From Octopus vulgaris (Eukaryota), in contig OX597822.1 in the NCBI GenBank assembly GCA_951406725.2, positions 12,276,001 through 12,340,000 on the forward strand: a DNA stretch of 64,000 nt. The letters run 5' to 3'. Shown here piece by piece: positions 12,616-25,199 of the stretch. Both the position numbers and the translations under genes were made by a program. Every line of letters begins with the position of its first letter. The first letter of the stretch is position 1. The notes under the pieces were generated by a model, which saw only the letters and a program-made list of their open reading frames with translations, ran no database searches and was not told the origin of the DNA.

Positions 12616-13622
12616 CCACTTGTGTACAATCAAGCATAAACTCTAAGGTATTTTTAAGTTTCTTGTAGCGATCTCAATCCAGACGAAAACAGAGACCATG
12701 AATCAGATTTGTATTCTTATATAAATATGTATTTGCCGGTGTCTATGACACAATCTCGAGTAAGATGCACGCTCATTTTCCATGCACATTTAAAGAAAAA
12801 CACAATTAATGGTTTACATCATACACCGATTAAAAGATATTTTAAACAGGTTTTGAAGGAACAGGGGCTTTTATGAATCGGTGAATGTGACAGTATATCT
12901 GAATACCGCGTAGCATTAATGTTACGAGAGACATGTTCCTCCTCTTTATCATCTTTCAGATCAGGTGTATAGTTGTTTTATTTTGGTCAAGAAAATTATC
13001 ATACAGCATATGAAACTAGAATTCTGACTGTGATGTTCTGTGTTACTATGAACGGTACTATGGCGGTGCACCACCCCCGTGATTTGGTTGTCGTCGACTC
13101 ACTTCAAATTGCTGACAGACTAATGAAAATTTAACATACCTTTGTCATGCTAAGAGAACATTTCACTTCGAAAATTGAAAGAAATGTTTCTTCAAGGTAT
13201 CACTGTCATTAAATTATGTACGACACATCTTTGTAAGTTGAGACAGGAAATATGACTTCTGCGAATAACTGCCCACTTAGCGTAAAGAAATTTTCGACGC
13301 AGCACAATTTTTGAATATATTTAAAAGTACAAAAGTGCAATATCCACATGGAAAAACAATGCATACATACATCAAAACACACATACACCTATGTGAGTAT
13401 TGTGCTCAATTTATTTCCACTACATACAGATAGACAGTGGATAATGTCTTAGTCAAGACCAGGCTCGGTTTTGTAGTTGATGATTGGAAACGAGTAACTC
13501 CGAACCTTGGAAATTGGAGCTTTTCAGTTGTAATGTATTAAAAAAAAATACTCAAAGTGTGTATTGAGTCCTTCAATTTATCACTTCTGGTGAATCACGA
13601 GATAAATATATACATACATACA

Positions 13623-13708
<86 letters not shown>

Positions 13709-13789
13709 ATGTTGTGTCTGAAGGTTGCAAGACGCAACGAAAATTTTACAAAAATAAAAGAGAAATATGTGGAAATGTTACCGTTGAGT

Positions 13790-13900
13790 GTGTTAAGTCA
13801 TAAGGCACCAAAAGAGTCTAACTTTCCCAGACACAACAGTATGTGCTTCAACACACGAACTCATATAAAGAATGTTGTAAACCAAATCCCCAAACGAAAT
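13790..13900 (-). repeat. Short TA-adjacent interspersed repeat
   Basis: Reverse complement of 56426-56535. Confidence 0.65.
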
Positions 13901-13903
13901 ATA

Positions 13904-13953
<50 letters not shown>

Positions 13954-13957
13954 TATG

Positions 13958-15397
13958 CATGACTGTGCGCTAAGAGGCTTGCTTTCCAGTCACACGGATC
14001 CAGGTTTAGTCCCACTGCGTAGCAACTTCGGCAGGTGTTTTCTGCTATGTCCTCGGGCAGACTAAAACATTGTGAGCGGATGTAGAAGACGGGAACTAAA
14101 AGAAGCACCTAGTATATATCTTTATACATATAAAACTGAAAATGTGTGTCTGTCTGTGTGTTTCCCTAAAACTTGAGAACTACACAACCAATTTCATTCA
14201 AATTTTATACATGCCTTACTTAGGGTCCATATAGTTTCATGGGCATAAACAATGTTCAAACTTATTGCCTAGGGGAAGCCCATAGCAATATCATATCTTC
14301 TCCAATATTTCAGTTAAGAGTGAAACAAAAACATTTCTCTATTTTATGTCAGATACTTTCACTTTAACAATAAAAATTAGAGATAAGAAAAACAATTGAT
14401 TATATGTAGTAAGTAATAATTAAAATCAAACTAAAGTATAATATAATCGTAACATAACAAAATTGCATCAATGACTTGAACTTGAATAAGTGGTTTCACA
14501 TGAATGGGAATAAATTAAATTAAATCAACTGTGTACTGCTTTTTGATTCACCGTAAGGTTTGTTGTTATTATTATTACTGTTTAACTATTGTTATCGCGT
14601 TTGTTGGCTCCTCGTAAGGGAAACGTTGTTGTGTTGCATTTGTTAAATAATTGTAAACTGTAACCCTTCCCCTTTGGTTAATGTTTAAAAGTTGAATTGT
14701 GTCATTGTTTGGGGAAATTGACAATATTTTCACCGTTTATACAGAAGCATTTTTGTTAGAATGCCTTCGATAGAAGAAAGTCCAAACTGAATTTCGCTGC
14801 AGCCGTCGGCGGGCGCGAACTCATTAAAATTAAAATGGAAGAAATACAAACCTATTTCGGATTGATCACCAACAAAGACGGTGAATCTAGGATAACACCA
14901 CCAATTGAAATAAAAAATTAAATTAAAGAAAAGACTATTGTCTATAAAGTATACAATGTAGAGAAAAAAAAATTGAACACCTGGAGGAAAGCACAATCGA
15001 AAAGTGTCTTGGTGCGATTATGAAGCATCTCTAACCAGAGGGTCAAGTCAACGGAGCGTGCAAGGGAGTACTCGACTCGAACCTTGCAAAGTGGAAATAT
15101 TTTATTTTTACCTTTATATCTGGGACGTCCCCCCTGAAGTAAAGGTAGGCTGGATTGTAGCCATACTTTTATACAAGAGGGAGGACAAGATACACTTGAT
15201 CGAAATTGCAAGAGACGGGCCTACAATTCCAGTCTGTTATATATTTTGAGTATTGTTATCACTAGTGATACCAATATATAACTTTGTATTTTGTATTTTA
15301 TGTGTAGATGTATATATATATATAGATGTACATGTAATATGTACACATATATACATCCACTAGCACTATGACCCGGCAACGTCGAGTCATAATGCTA

Positions 15398-15461
<64 letters not shown>

Positions 15462-15517
15462 GCGTGTGTGTCTGTGTTTGCCTCAGTGCCATCGCTTCAC
15501 AACCGAGGTTGGTGTAT
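13958..15517 (+). mobile_element. SINE family A split by a Helitron (head 13958-14110, resumes 15461-15517)
   Basis: Degenerate head ...gtttagtcccactgcgt...; body tgtgtctgtgtttg...acaaccga resumes after the Helitron. Confidence 0.65.
14119..15398 (+). mobile_element. Non-autonomous Helitron
   Basis: A|TC...tataaaac 5' end; subterminal hairpin atgacccggcaacgtcgagtcat; 3' CTAG|T; no TSD; two more copies in the window. Confidence 0.85.
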
Positions 15518-15546
15518 CAAAAGACTGAAATATATATGCATATATT

Positions 15547-15978
15547 AGTACAAGTAGAAAGATATATTTTTTCAACGAATAAAATATTGATACAACAGTA
15601 TATATGGGATAATATCGATTACAGAACAGAAAAATCTGTCAGCAACCAGCCATGAGAATCGAACTCCCATCAAGTGCTCTACCATTAAGCTAAAATGTTT
15701 TAATGACAAATTCTTCTGCAGTTTAGAACATATGATATAATTTATACTACATCTAGCATTTCTAGATGGACTTATACGTTCTACATTGCAGAAAAATTTG
15801 TCTGTAAAGTGGTTTAGCTCAATGATATAGCACTTGACCGGAAATCAAAGGGATGTGAGTTAGATTATCATGGCTGGTTGCTGACAGATTTTTCTACTTT
15901 GTAAGGGATATTATCCCATATATATACTGTTGTATCAGTATTTTACGCGTTGAAAAATATATCTTTCTACTTGTACTA
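15547..15978. mobile_element. Fold-back element with ~185-200-bp inverted arms containing a tRNA-like segment
   Basis: 15547-15730 is the reverse complement of 15776-15978; tagctcaatgatatagca and gagttagatt resemble A and B boxes. Confidence 0.7.
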
Positions 15979-16065
15979 CAATACATTTCATCGCTTCAAA
16001 AACAAACTTTCTTTATACATGACAACGCTTCAAAAACAAAGTTTCTTTACATATGACATGATATA

Positions 16066-16106
<41 letters not shown>

Positions 16107-16109
16107 ATA

Positions 16110-16260
16110 TAGTTGAAATTTATAGAAAAACAAAAGACAAAGGCAGTTGTAAGAACAACAAGCGGGTGTATTATTTTGATGCTCGGGAAAATGATAAAGC
16201 CTCTTACGTTTCGAGCCTACGCCCTTCAACAGAAAGAAAAAAGAGAAAATAAACAGAGCG
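16110..16260 (-). mobile_element. (TA)n-adjacent short element with hammerhead-like motif at 16201-16236
   Basis: Minus strand CUUU-CUGUUGA-A-GGGC-GUAG-GCUC-GAAA-CGU-A-AGAG; related to 56897-57085 and 54898-55010. Confidence 0.65.
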
Positions 16261-16280
16261 AGAATGATAAAAGAAAAACC

Positions 16281-16330
16281 TGTAGAATAGCGGTGCCCCA
16301 GCATGGCCACAGCTCGTGAGCTGAAACTAG
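16281..16330 (+). mobile_element. Extremely 5'-truncated 3' tail of the CR1-like LINE
   Basis: cggtgccccagcatggccacagctcgtgagctgaaa matches 1294-1331. Confidence 0.65.
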
Positions 16331-16366
16331 ATCAAATAAACAAAATTTAAAAAATTGTATATATAT

Positions 16367-16521
16367 GAGTGGCTGTGTGGTAAGTAGCTTGTTTACCGAC
16401 CACATGGTTCCGGGTTCAGTCCCACTGCGTGGCACCTTGGGCAAGTGTCTTCTACTATAGCCTCGGGCCGACCAAAGCCTTGTGAGTGGATTTGGTAGAC
16501 GGAAACTGAAAGAAGCCCGTC

Positions 16522-16576
<55 letters not shown>

Positions 16577-16785
16577 TATGTGTGTTTGTGTGTCTGTGTT
16601 TGTCCCCCTAGCATTGCTTGACAACCGTTGCTGGTGTATTTATATCAGCGTTACTTAGCGGTTCGGCAAAAGAGACCGATTGAATAAGTACTGTGCTTAC
16701 AAAAGAATAAGTCCCGGGGTCGATTTGCTCGACAAAAGGCGGTGCTCCAGCATGGCCGCAGTGAAATGACTGAAACAAGTAAAAT
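16367..16785 (+). mobile_element. tRNA-derived SINE family A, full length, internal (TA)n
   Basis: A-box-like tggctgtgtggt, B-box-like ggttcagtccc, CORE-like ccttgggcaag, tail ccagcatggccgcag...tgactgaaacaag. Confidence 0.9.
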
Positions 16786-17768
16786 ATATATATATATATA
16801 TATATATATGAATATACATTATTTTATATATGTATGTATGCAATACATGTATATATATATGCATATATTCACACTTCCATACATACATAAACATTGTATG
16901 CATCGCATCAGAGCCCAAAATTGACGTAATGTGTACCTCACTTGTGCCTTGAGAGGTGCAATCAGTTTGGTGGCTTTCGTGACTAGACCATGCAGTCTAG
17001 ACACACACAGAAACCGGCATTTTTGCGATATTTAAAAACACAATGCTGTAGCATATTGGCCTTGTTACAAAGGTGGTTATTACATGGGCTAAGTAGAATA
17101 CATTTAAAGCGGCAATCTAAATAGCGATGTGAACTTTAATCAGTAACAGATTGGCCCTCTTCTGTTGGTTACTCCCCCACCTCTATGAGCGCATCTGTAA
17201 TTAACCTTAAACGCGGTCCTTGACGGATGTTTCTACTATGGTGAGATTTTCTCTACTCCTTTCCACTTTCCCTTACCATCATCTGCAACAGATTATTTCC
17301 TCTTACTATCCCTCTCTCTCTATATCTCTCCCTCAATCCTTTTCTCTCATTCTTTACCTTCCCCTTTTTCTCTTTCACTAACTATCTTCCTATCACCTAC
17401 TTCTCTTACAGTTTCCTTTCCCTGGATTTCTCAATGACCAGATTAATAATGCAACCGTTGATTTACGTATTACGGTTAGATAATGGATGTGGTTAATGAA
17501 AATGTTGTTGAACAACAGAACACTTCACTTTGTGTCGAGCGAGTGGCATGGATGGAGGGAATCTCGGTGATCGTAGCAAAGGTGGTGCTTGATTAAACTT
17601 TCCTTGATACCACTGATCACCAAATTAAAATTTCCTACATCATTCCATCAATTTATCTCCTTTCACTTCCTGTCCCCTTCCTGTCAATATGTCCTGCTCT
17701 TCGTATATACATACGTGTATGTATTGCATGTATATGCGCATACACAGACGCAGACACACACACAAACG

Positions 17769-17817
<49 letters not shown>

Positions 17818-17933
17818 CTATATTTACGTATATGTTTATATATACGTATATGTATGTATGTATATATATGTGTGTGTTTGTATATATGCATTCACATGCA
17901 TGCAAGCATGCATACATACATACATACATATAT

Positions 17934-17975
<42 letters not shown>

Positions 17976-18583
17976 CATACATACATATATACATATATAA
18001 ACACATATATGCCTACATACATAAATACATATATACATATATATATATTCATACATATATATGTGTGTGTGTATAAACACATACATAAGTGTGTGTGTGT
18101 GTGTGTGTGTGTTTGTTTGTGTGTGTGTATGTATGTATTACTGCAAGAGAGAAACAGCCGTTACGTTGCTGTCCACGACTCACTCGCTAGAGAACTTTGA
18201 TTGATATCTGCTATACGTTTCTAATGAAGTGTTTCATGCCTCATTAACGATATCAGAGCGCGATAAGAAATAATAGTTGAGTAGACAATATTTATGAAGT
18301 AACTGGACTCCTAGTTGGTGGTTTCGTGATTATCGCATTGTTGAAGTAGAAGTCTTAGTCAAGTCGATTAACTCTACTTGTGACTAGCTTCCCAGATACT
18401 GTTAAGAAATTGTTACAACTATCTTTCTGTTTTTTTTCTTTCATTTTAATATTTTTAATCCTCTTTTGGTACTGAACTGCTGGCATTGTATAAAGTGGTG
18501 TTGTCGTGTCAAGGTAAGATAAAGAGGTGGCAGCCAAAATCTCTGAAGGTTTGAGCACAACTGATTTACACAGTAGATAGAGA

Positions 18584-18652
<69 letters not shown>

Positions 18653-18849
18653 TAAGCCGAATTGGCATTAGCACTTCACTGATATTTTATCTAATTCCAC
18701 CCGTAAATATTGAAAGACCAATTTGATTTCCGCGAGATTCAAACACAAAACAAAGAGTGCTGCAACAATTATGCAAAGCAGATTAACGAGTCAGTCCACG
18801 TCTTGTCTAGGTACCTGCATAATTTATTGTAATTTTAGTCGATTTATTG

Positions 18850-19619
18850 GTTTGAAATTTTGAGACTAGACCAGCAAGTTCGGGTGAGTTACAAAGTTGA
18901 TCACATCGACCTCAGAAGTATTCATTTTATCGATCACGAAAAGATGAACGCCCAAGTCAAACTGGACGGCATTTAACACAGAAGGTAAAGTTAGAGGAAA
19001 TGCTGCTAAGTATTTTCCAGGTGCGGTAACGATTCTGCCAGCTCACCGTCTTCACATTAGACGATACAGTGATTTCAAATTTTAGCACAATGCCGGTATT
19101 TCCGGGGAAGTGGTAAGTCGAAATAGAAGGATGAAAAGCAAAGTACACCTCGGAGGAATTTGAACACAGAACGTAAAGACGGACAAACTGCCGCTAAGTA
19201 TCTTGTGCAGTGTGCTAACGATTCTTTTCTACTCTAGGCACAAGGCCTGAGATTTTTAGGGAGGGGATCATTCGATTAGATCGACCTCAGTACGAAACTG
19301 GTACTTAATTTATCGACCTCGAAAGGATGAAAGACAAAGTCGACCTCAACAGAATTTGAACTCAGAACGTAGTGGAAGTCGAAATACCTGTTTCTTTACT
19401 ACCTACAAGGGGCTAAACACAGAAGGGACAAACAAGAACAGACAAACGGATTAAGTCGATTACATCGACCCCAGTGCGTAACTGTTACTTAATTTATTGA
19501 CCCCGAAAGGATGAAAGGCAAAGTCGGTCTCGGTGTAATTCGAACTCAGAACGTAGCGGCAGAAGAAATACTGCTAAGCATTTCGCCCGGCGTACTAACG
19601 TTTCTGCCTGCTCACCGCC
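18850..19619 (-). mobile_element. Cluster of SINE family B copies (dimer 19228-19619 plus older copies)
   Basis: Repeated gaaaggatgaaaggcaaagtcg...gaactcagaacgt, the reverse complement of the 8844-9443 units. Confidence 0.8.
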
Positions 19620-21142
19620 TTGGATTTGTCTGGATTTTACAGCAGAGAATAAAATACCTTGTGACATTCGTTCCAACATTTTAGGAACGGCGTTCTAATC
19701 CAGCCTAGATCTATTATGTCCTTATTTGTTTTTATTATCCTGTATGTTTTATAAATATATTTGCTGACAGTCTTCTTCTAAAGACATCTAGGTTTGCTTT
19801 GAGATAAATTTCACTGTTATTTTTAGCAGATCAAGAGGCAATATACATGGCTCTCCGCGTTGCTTCGAATTAAACTTGGCCGTTGTTTTTTTTTTTCTTT
19901 ACATGGTTGTCAGTCCTAGCCGAACAGTAGTATGTCCCAGCCTCTGTTTCCCAGTCTATCAGTCAGTGTAGTCTATATTTAAGACAGAATGACCATGATT
20001 GACGGAAATTTGGCTGCTGTTTCTTGCAGACAGAATGACCATATAGGAAGTTCCTTGCTGAAAATCGCGACCACATAACATGGCTGCTAGCGTGGATGGA
20101 AGTTAACATTGTTAGGCTGCAATACAACTTGTGAAGTACACCATAATAAAACATGGCAGAAACAACCCTATCTGTCTGGTGCTCACCCTCTCTGTCTGTC
20201 CTCCCTACTCCTCTCTCTCACTCTCTCTCTCGCTTTCATTTTCTATTTCATCCTTCTAGTGAGACTGCTAATATAAGACTCGGCCTGAAATATGAGTGTC
20301 TTTTATTTCCTTCTGTCTGAGAGAGCAATGATATAAAATAAAAGGCGTGTGAGATATGATTTACTTCTATTTAATTACTTCAGAGAATGGGTTTATATAT
20401 ATGAGACGGTGTGAGGTGTGGGTTACATTTATTGCCTTACTCCGACGAGGTGGTTAATGGTAAATGCTGTATGATATATGGACTAATGAGACAGTATGTA
20501 ACAGGAGGTGTGTAGAGGGCTGGCAGAGTTTCACTTATATGTATAGTTATATTTATGTAAACTTTACTGTAATAAAGATATGGAATCAGAATTTCATTTC
20601 AACTATAATCAGAGATAGCGAAACATGTAAATAGCTTCCATACGATTCACTGCGTTGAAGTTCAGTAAAACTAGATTACTATGAAATATTATGTTTGTTA
20701 TTAATGTTGTTTTGCAGATCCACAACAGTCAAGTGCTGTCTGTAACCTTTGTACTAAGGCTGAATATTTCGATTTTCACTACAACGCAGATATAATCAAC
20801 GTGCGCTAATTGGTTGAAAGTTTACGCAAATTCTAGGTATTGGTTTCTCGTGTCTGAAGCGTTCTTCAAATGTGTTCGAGACTGCGATAACAAGCCCGAA
20901 AAACTGAGATAATTTGAAATCAATAGCAAATGGTTCTTCGTCGCTTTCCAGGATGAGTATTTGGCTATGGCTGTGTGGTAAGAATTAGCTTCGTTGTGTG
21001 GTAAGAAGTTTGTTTCCCCAGCCACATGGTTCCGGGTTCAGTCCCATTAAATGGCATCTTAGGCAAGAATTTCTTACTATAGCTGTGGGTCGAGCTAAGC
21101 TTTGTGAGTGGATTTCTTCGACGGAAACTCAGAGAAGCACGT

Positions 21143-21192
<50 letters not shown>

Positions 21193-21519
21193 CAACGTGC
21201 TTCTCTGAGTTTATATATATATATATCTCATTAAAGATATAGGGTTAAAGATAATTAATTTAATAAAATCAACAAATTTCACCTAGTAGTTTTTCGATAT
21301 GGAAAAGGACCATATTCGGTAAAAACTTATACAAAAAGATTTTTTTATATATAATTATAACAATAAGGGTTTTGCAGCAAGTTGCTTGACCACATACCAA
21401 CATTTTTGTAGAAAAAGGAAATAGTAGTCTTTTGGCTACTATTTCTAAAATTTTTGGTATGTGGTCAAGCAATTTGTTGCAAAACCCTTATTGTTATATA
21501 TATATAAATATATACAAAA

Positions 21520-21751
21520 TTTAAGCAAGACAATAACCATTTTTTACACTTTGGTTTTGTGCTGAGTTTTTTCTTGAGAACACATTCTTCGTGGAAAATA
21601 GCGATTTTAACGTCTATATCTAGCATATTGACCGTCCACTTTTAGTGGTCAGTCCTTTAAATTTTGCTTGTAAAAGATATTTTAATCTTCGGAATTTTTA
21701 ATATGCTAGGCCACTGGTTTTAATTGATTAATATCAATTTCTACCCTTATT

Positions 21752-21755
<4 letters not shown>
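21520..21755 (+). repeat. TA-flanked interspersed repeat
   Basis: Colinear copy at 55775-55995. Confidence 0.75.
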
Positions 21756-21818
<63 letters not shown>

Positions 21819-21979
21819 AGCGTTTTTGTCTCTTTGTGTCTGTTTTTGTTCTCCATCATCACTTGAAACCGGTGTTCGAGTGCTTACGGCCCGAAACTTA
21901 GCGGTTCGGCAAAAAGATGGATAGAATAAGAAAAAAATGCGTTACGAAATAGAAAAAAAAAAAACAGGCGTTGATTTGA

Positions 21980-22680
21980 GGATCTTTTCGGTTTGAACGG
22001 CAGTTTTTAACATAATTTCTAGGTAACTAAAAAATTTTAAACTTCGTATACTGGTAGAATGTGTTTATAAAACATATTTTTCTCTTGGCTTTATTGAGAA
22101 AAATCTTTAGTTTGTAAGATATTTGGTCTTTAATTTCTTGCATTTCAGCAATTTCAACCAATCAATGACCGTCTATTCAGGTGAAAACATTCTGTGCCGT
22201 ATGAATATGTCCCTCGTTTAAGAAACAGATTGGGTTTATTGTGAAGAAAAAAAGATACCCTAACCCTAACTAACCCTAAATCTAAAATAGATTGAAATGC
22301 AATAGATCGATACTAGGGTCATAATTATGGGTGACAATTTCATATGACACCGCTAGAAAAACGGCAGTTAGTTAGGGTTAGGGTTGGTGGAAGGGTATCT
22401 TTTTTTCTTCACAAATGTAAATAAACCTAATCTGTTTCTTAAACGAGGGACATATTCATACGGCACAGAATTTTTTCACCTGAATAGACGGTCATTGATT
22501 GGTTGAAATTGCCAAAATGCAAGAAATTAAAGGCCAAATATCTTACAAACTATAGAAGTTTCTCAATAAAGCCAAGAGAAAAAGATGTTTGATAAATACA
22601 TTCTACCAGTATACGAAGTTTAAAATTTTTTAGTTACCTAGAAATTATGTTAAAAACTGCCGTTCAAACCGAAAAGATCC
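21980..22680. mobile_element. MITE/fold-back element with ~300-bp inverted arms and telomere-like repeats
   Basis: ggatcttttcggtttgaacggcag...ctgccgttcaaaccgaaaagatcc; gatttg duplicated at the flanks; taaccc/gggtta at the inner arm ends. Confidence 0.85.
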
Positions 22681-23030
22681 GATTTGTTCAACTGAAATTC
22701 TTCAAGTCGATGCCACAACGTGGTTGCCGACTGAATGACGTAAAAGATGAAAGAAATATATGTATGCTTATTTAATTGTGAGTGCGTGTGTGTGAGAGGA
22801 TGTAGCACCACTTATGTAACTAACACAGATTACGAAACAGCTGTTAAGAAATGGAATGAACATCTGTTCCTTCACTTCTTTCATCTGGTTAATTTATGCC
22901 ACATCACATAGATCAACGCAAATATTCTCTAACCAGTTATCGTTTGTATTTTACACGACATATTTAATAGAACACCAGCAACACTAGACTATCTGTTTCT
23001 GAATACATACATGCATATATACATACACAA

Positions 23031-23071
<41 letters not shown>

Positions 23072-23219
23072 CACACACATACACATATATGTAAATACAT
23101 ATATATTTTTACAGAATTACGACAGACGGATTGTTTTCTCAGGCCATATGTCAATGTTGCTGGCTGTAAACATGCATACATATATATGCACACAATATAT
23201 GCATGCATATGTATATGTA

Positions 23220-23262
<43 letters not shown>

Positions 23263-23354
23263 GAGACATAGGTATAATATATATTCTTACATATATATCT
23301 AGAAATAACTAGATAAAATAGATGTATATATTCATATATATGTATATGTATGCG

Positions 23355-23395
<41 letters not shown>

Positions 23396-23969
23396 ATGTA
23401 AGAATATATATTATACCTATGTCTCATATATATATATATACTATATACAAATGTATGTATGTATGTATATATATGTATATATATATGCACACACATATAT
23501 ATATATATATATATACACATATTTATATATATATATGTGTATATTATACATTTTGTATAATATATTTAAATATATATATATATATAACTTTTATATATGT
23601 ATATATATATATATACAATATATAATTTATATTTGCATGTAGATAATTGTGTATATAAGTAGTGATGTGCATGTATGCAAAAGGATATGATTACTTATTC
23701 ATGGGAATGCGTTTATACAGTTATATGTATCTGCATGTCTGTTTCTTTTGCATTTACTGTTTGTTATTTCCAAGTTCTAACTTCACAAATCTGTGTTGTA
23801 GTCACGATTTCTTCTTTGTTTTATAGAATTCAAACTCAGCAAGATAACCACATTGTTTATTGATAATTTTGTATTAATTTAGCCATGTAGTATTCATGAG
23901 CTCGCAAAAAGCGAAATGCTAAGATGCCTTTGTTAAACGACAGACATTTTGGAACACTTATTCTATGTC

Positions 23970-24473
23970 TTGCATTTGTTTCAGGCATCAAACTGCGGCC
24001 ATACTAGAGCAGTACTTTCAAGGCTTTTAGTTGCGCAATTCGACTCCAGGACTTATGCCTTTCTCGAATTATTCTTTCAAATCTTTTCCCGAACTGCTAA
24101 GTTACGTTCACGTAGTGCTAACGTAACAAGAAATTGTTATGCATTTCATTGGCTTACAACTGTTTCTGTAGTACACATAGTTATGTACTTGCGTATCGCT
24201 CCTCAGCTTCTTCAGAGTCCGACAAGGCTATAAAGTGGTACAGAAGCACATCGGTTATCAAGCGATGCTGGGGGGACAAACACAGACACACAAACATATA
24301 TATATATATATAATTACTTCGGTCTTCTTTCAGTTTCCGTCTACCAAATCTACTCACAAGGATTTTGTCGGCCCGAAGCTATAACAGAAGACACTTGTCC
24401 AAGGTGCCATTCAATAGGACTGAACCCGGAACCACGTGGTTGGTAAGTAAGCTACTTACCACACAGTCACTCC
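23970..24473 (-). mobile_element. SINE family A
   Basis: ggactgaacccggaaccacgtggttggtaagtaagctacttaccacacag is the reverse complement of the head; degenerate tail near 23975. Confidence 0.75.
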
Positions 24474-24485
24474 TTACACACACAG

Positions 24486-24536
<51 letters not shown>

Positions 24537-25199
24537 ACACACACACATGTATATACATGTCTCTTCTAGCGTTTCCATTTATCTTTCAAGCGTGTTGACA
24601 GGTATAATTCCACAACGATCTCACGATACTCGTTTGTTAATCAGTGGGCATTTCCCCGTATGTCCTATCTGTTTCATGTTGTATAGATTCTCCCAAACCG
24701 AATATGACAGATCCGTTATGCAATATATCTCGCGTAGTTTGCACATTTAAGTATCCACATGGAACTTACCTACAACTTCTGTCCAATTTGATGGTTATCG
24801 TCAACGCCCTCGTGGTACTTAAACATTCACCCAAGGGAAGGCATGTTCATATTTCACACACATGCACAAAGCTGTATCAAATTTTATCAATGAGGGAAAT
24901 ACATACACATTATTGACTGATCTACTAGAAACAACAACCAATTTACCTATCAAATCTTATTCTACTCTCTTAATAAAATTAATTACACATAGGATAATAT
25001 AGCAGAAGGTAAATTATATATGGAAATAAACCATAGGGAGGTAACTTAAAACTACAAACATTCCGCTTATAGGTCTGATTGATCGGAACCTAATGGGACA
25101 AAATATTATTTGCTATATAAGACGTAGCAATCATATTATAGTCAACCTTTTAAAGTAAATATATATTTGGTTTGTGTTAAACTGTATGCAATAAATTTT

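Larger units (their letters stand above)
20965..22755 (+). mobile_element. SINE family A interrupted by nested insertions
   Basis: Head 20965-21145, body resumes 21815-21978, tail 22681-22755. Confidence 0.7.

Noticed and set aside
21560-21615. UUGAGAA-CAC...GUG-GAAA hammerhead-like string (also near 55805-55850)
   Set aside because: Stem I cannot form; the region folds better as a simple hairpin (ttttcc/ggaaaa, gagaa/ttctc).
22258-22386. True telomere or chromosome fusion site
   Set aside because: Only a few degenerate units, located inside MITE arms.
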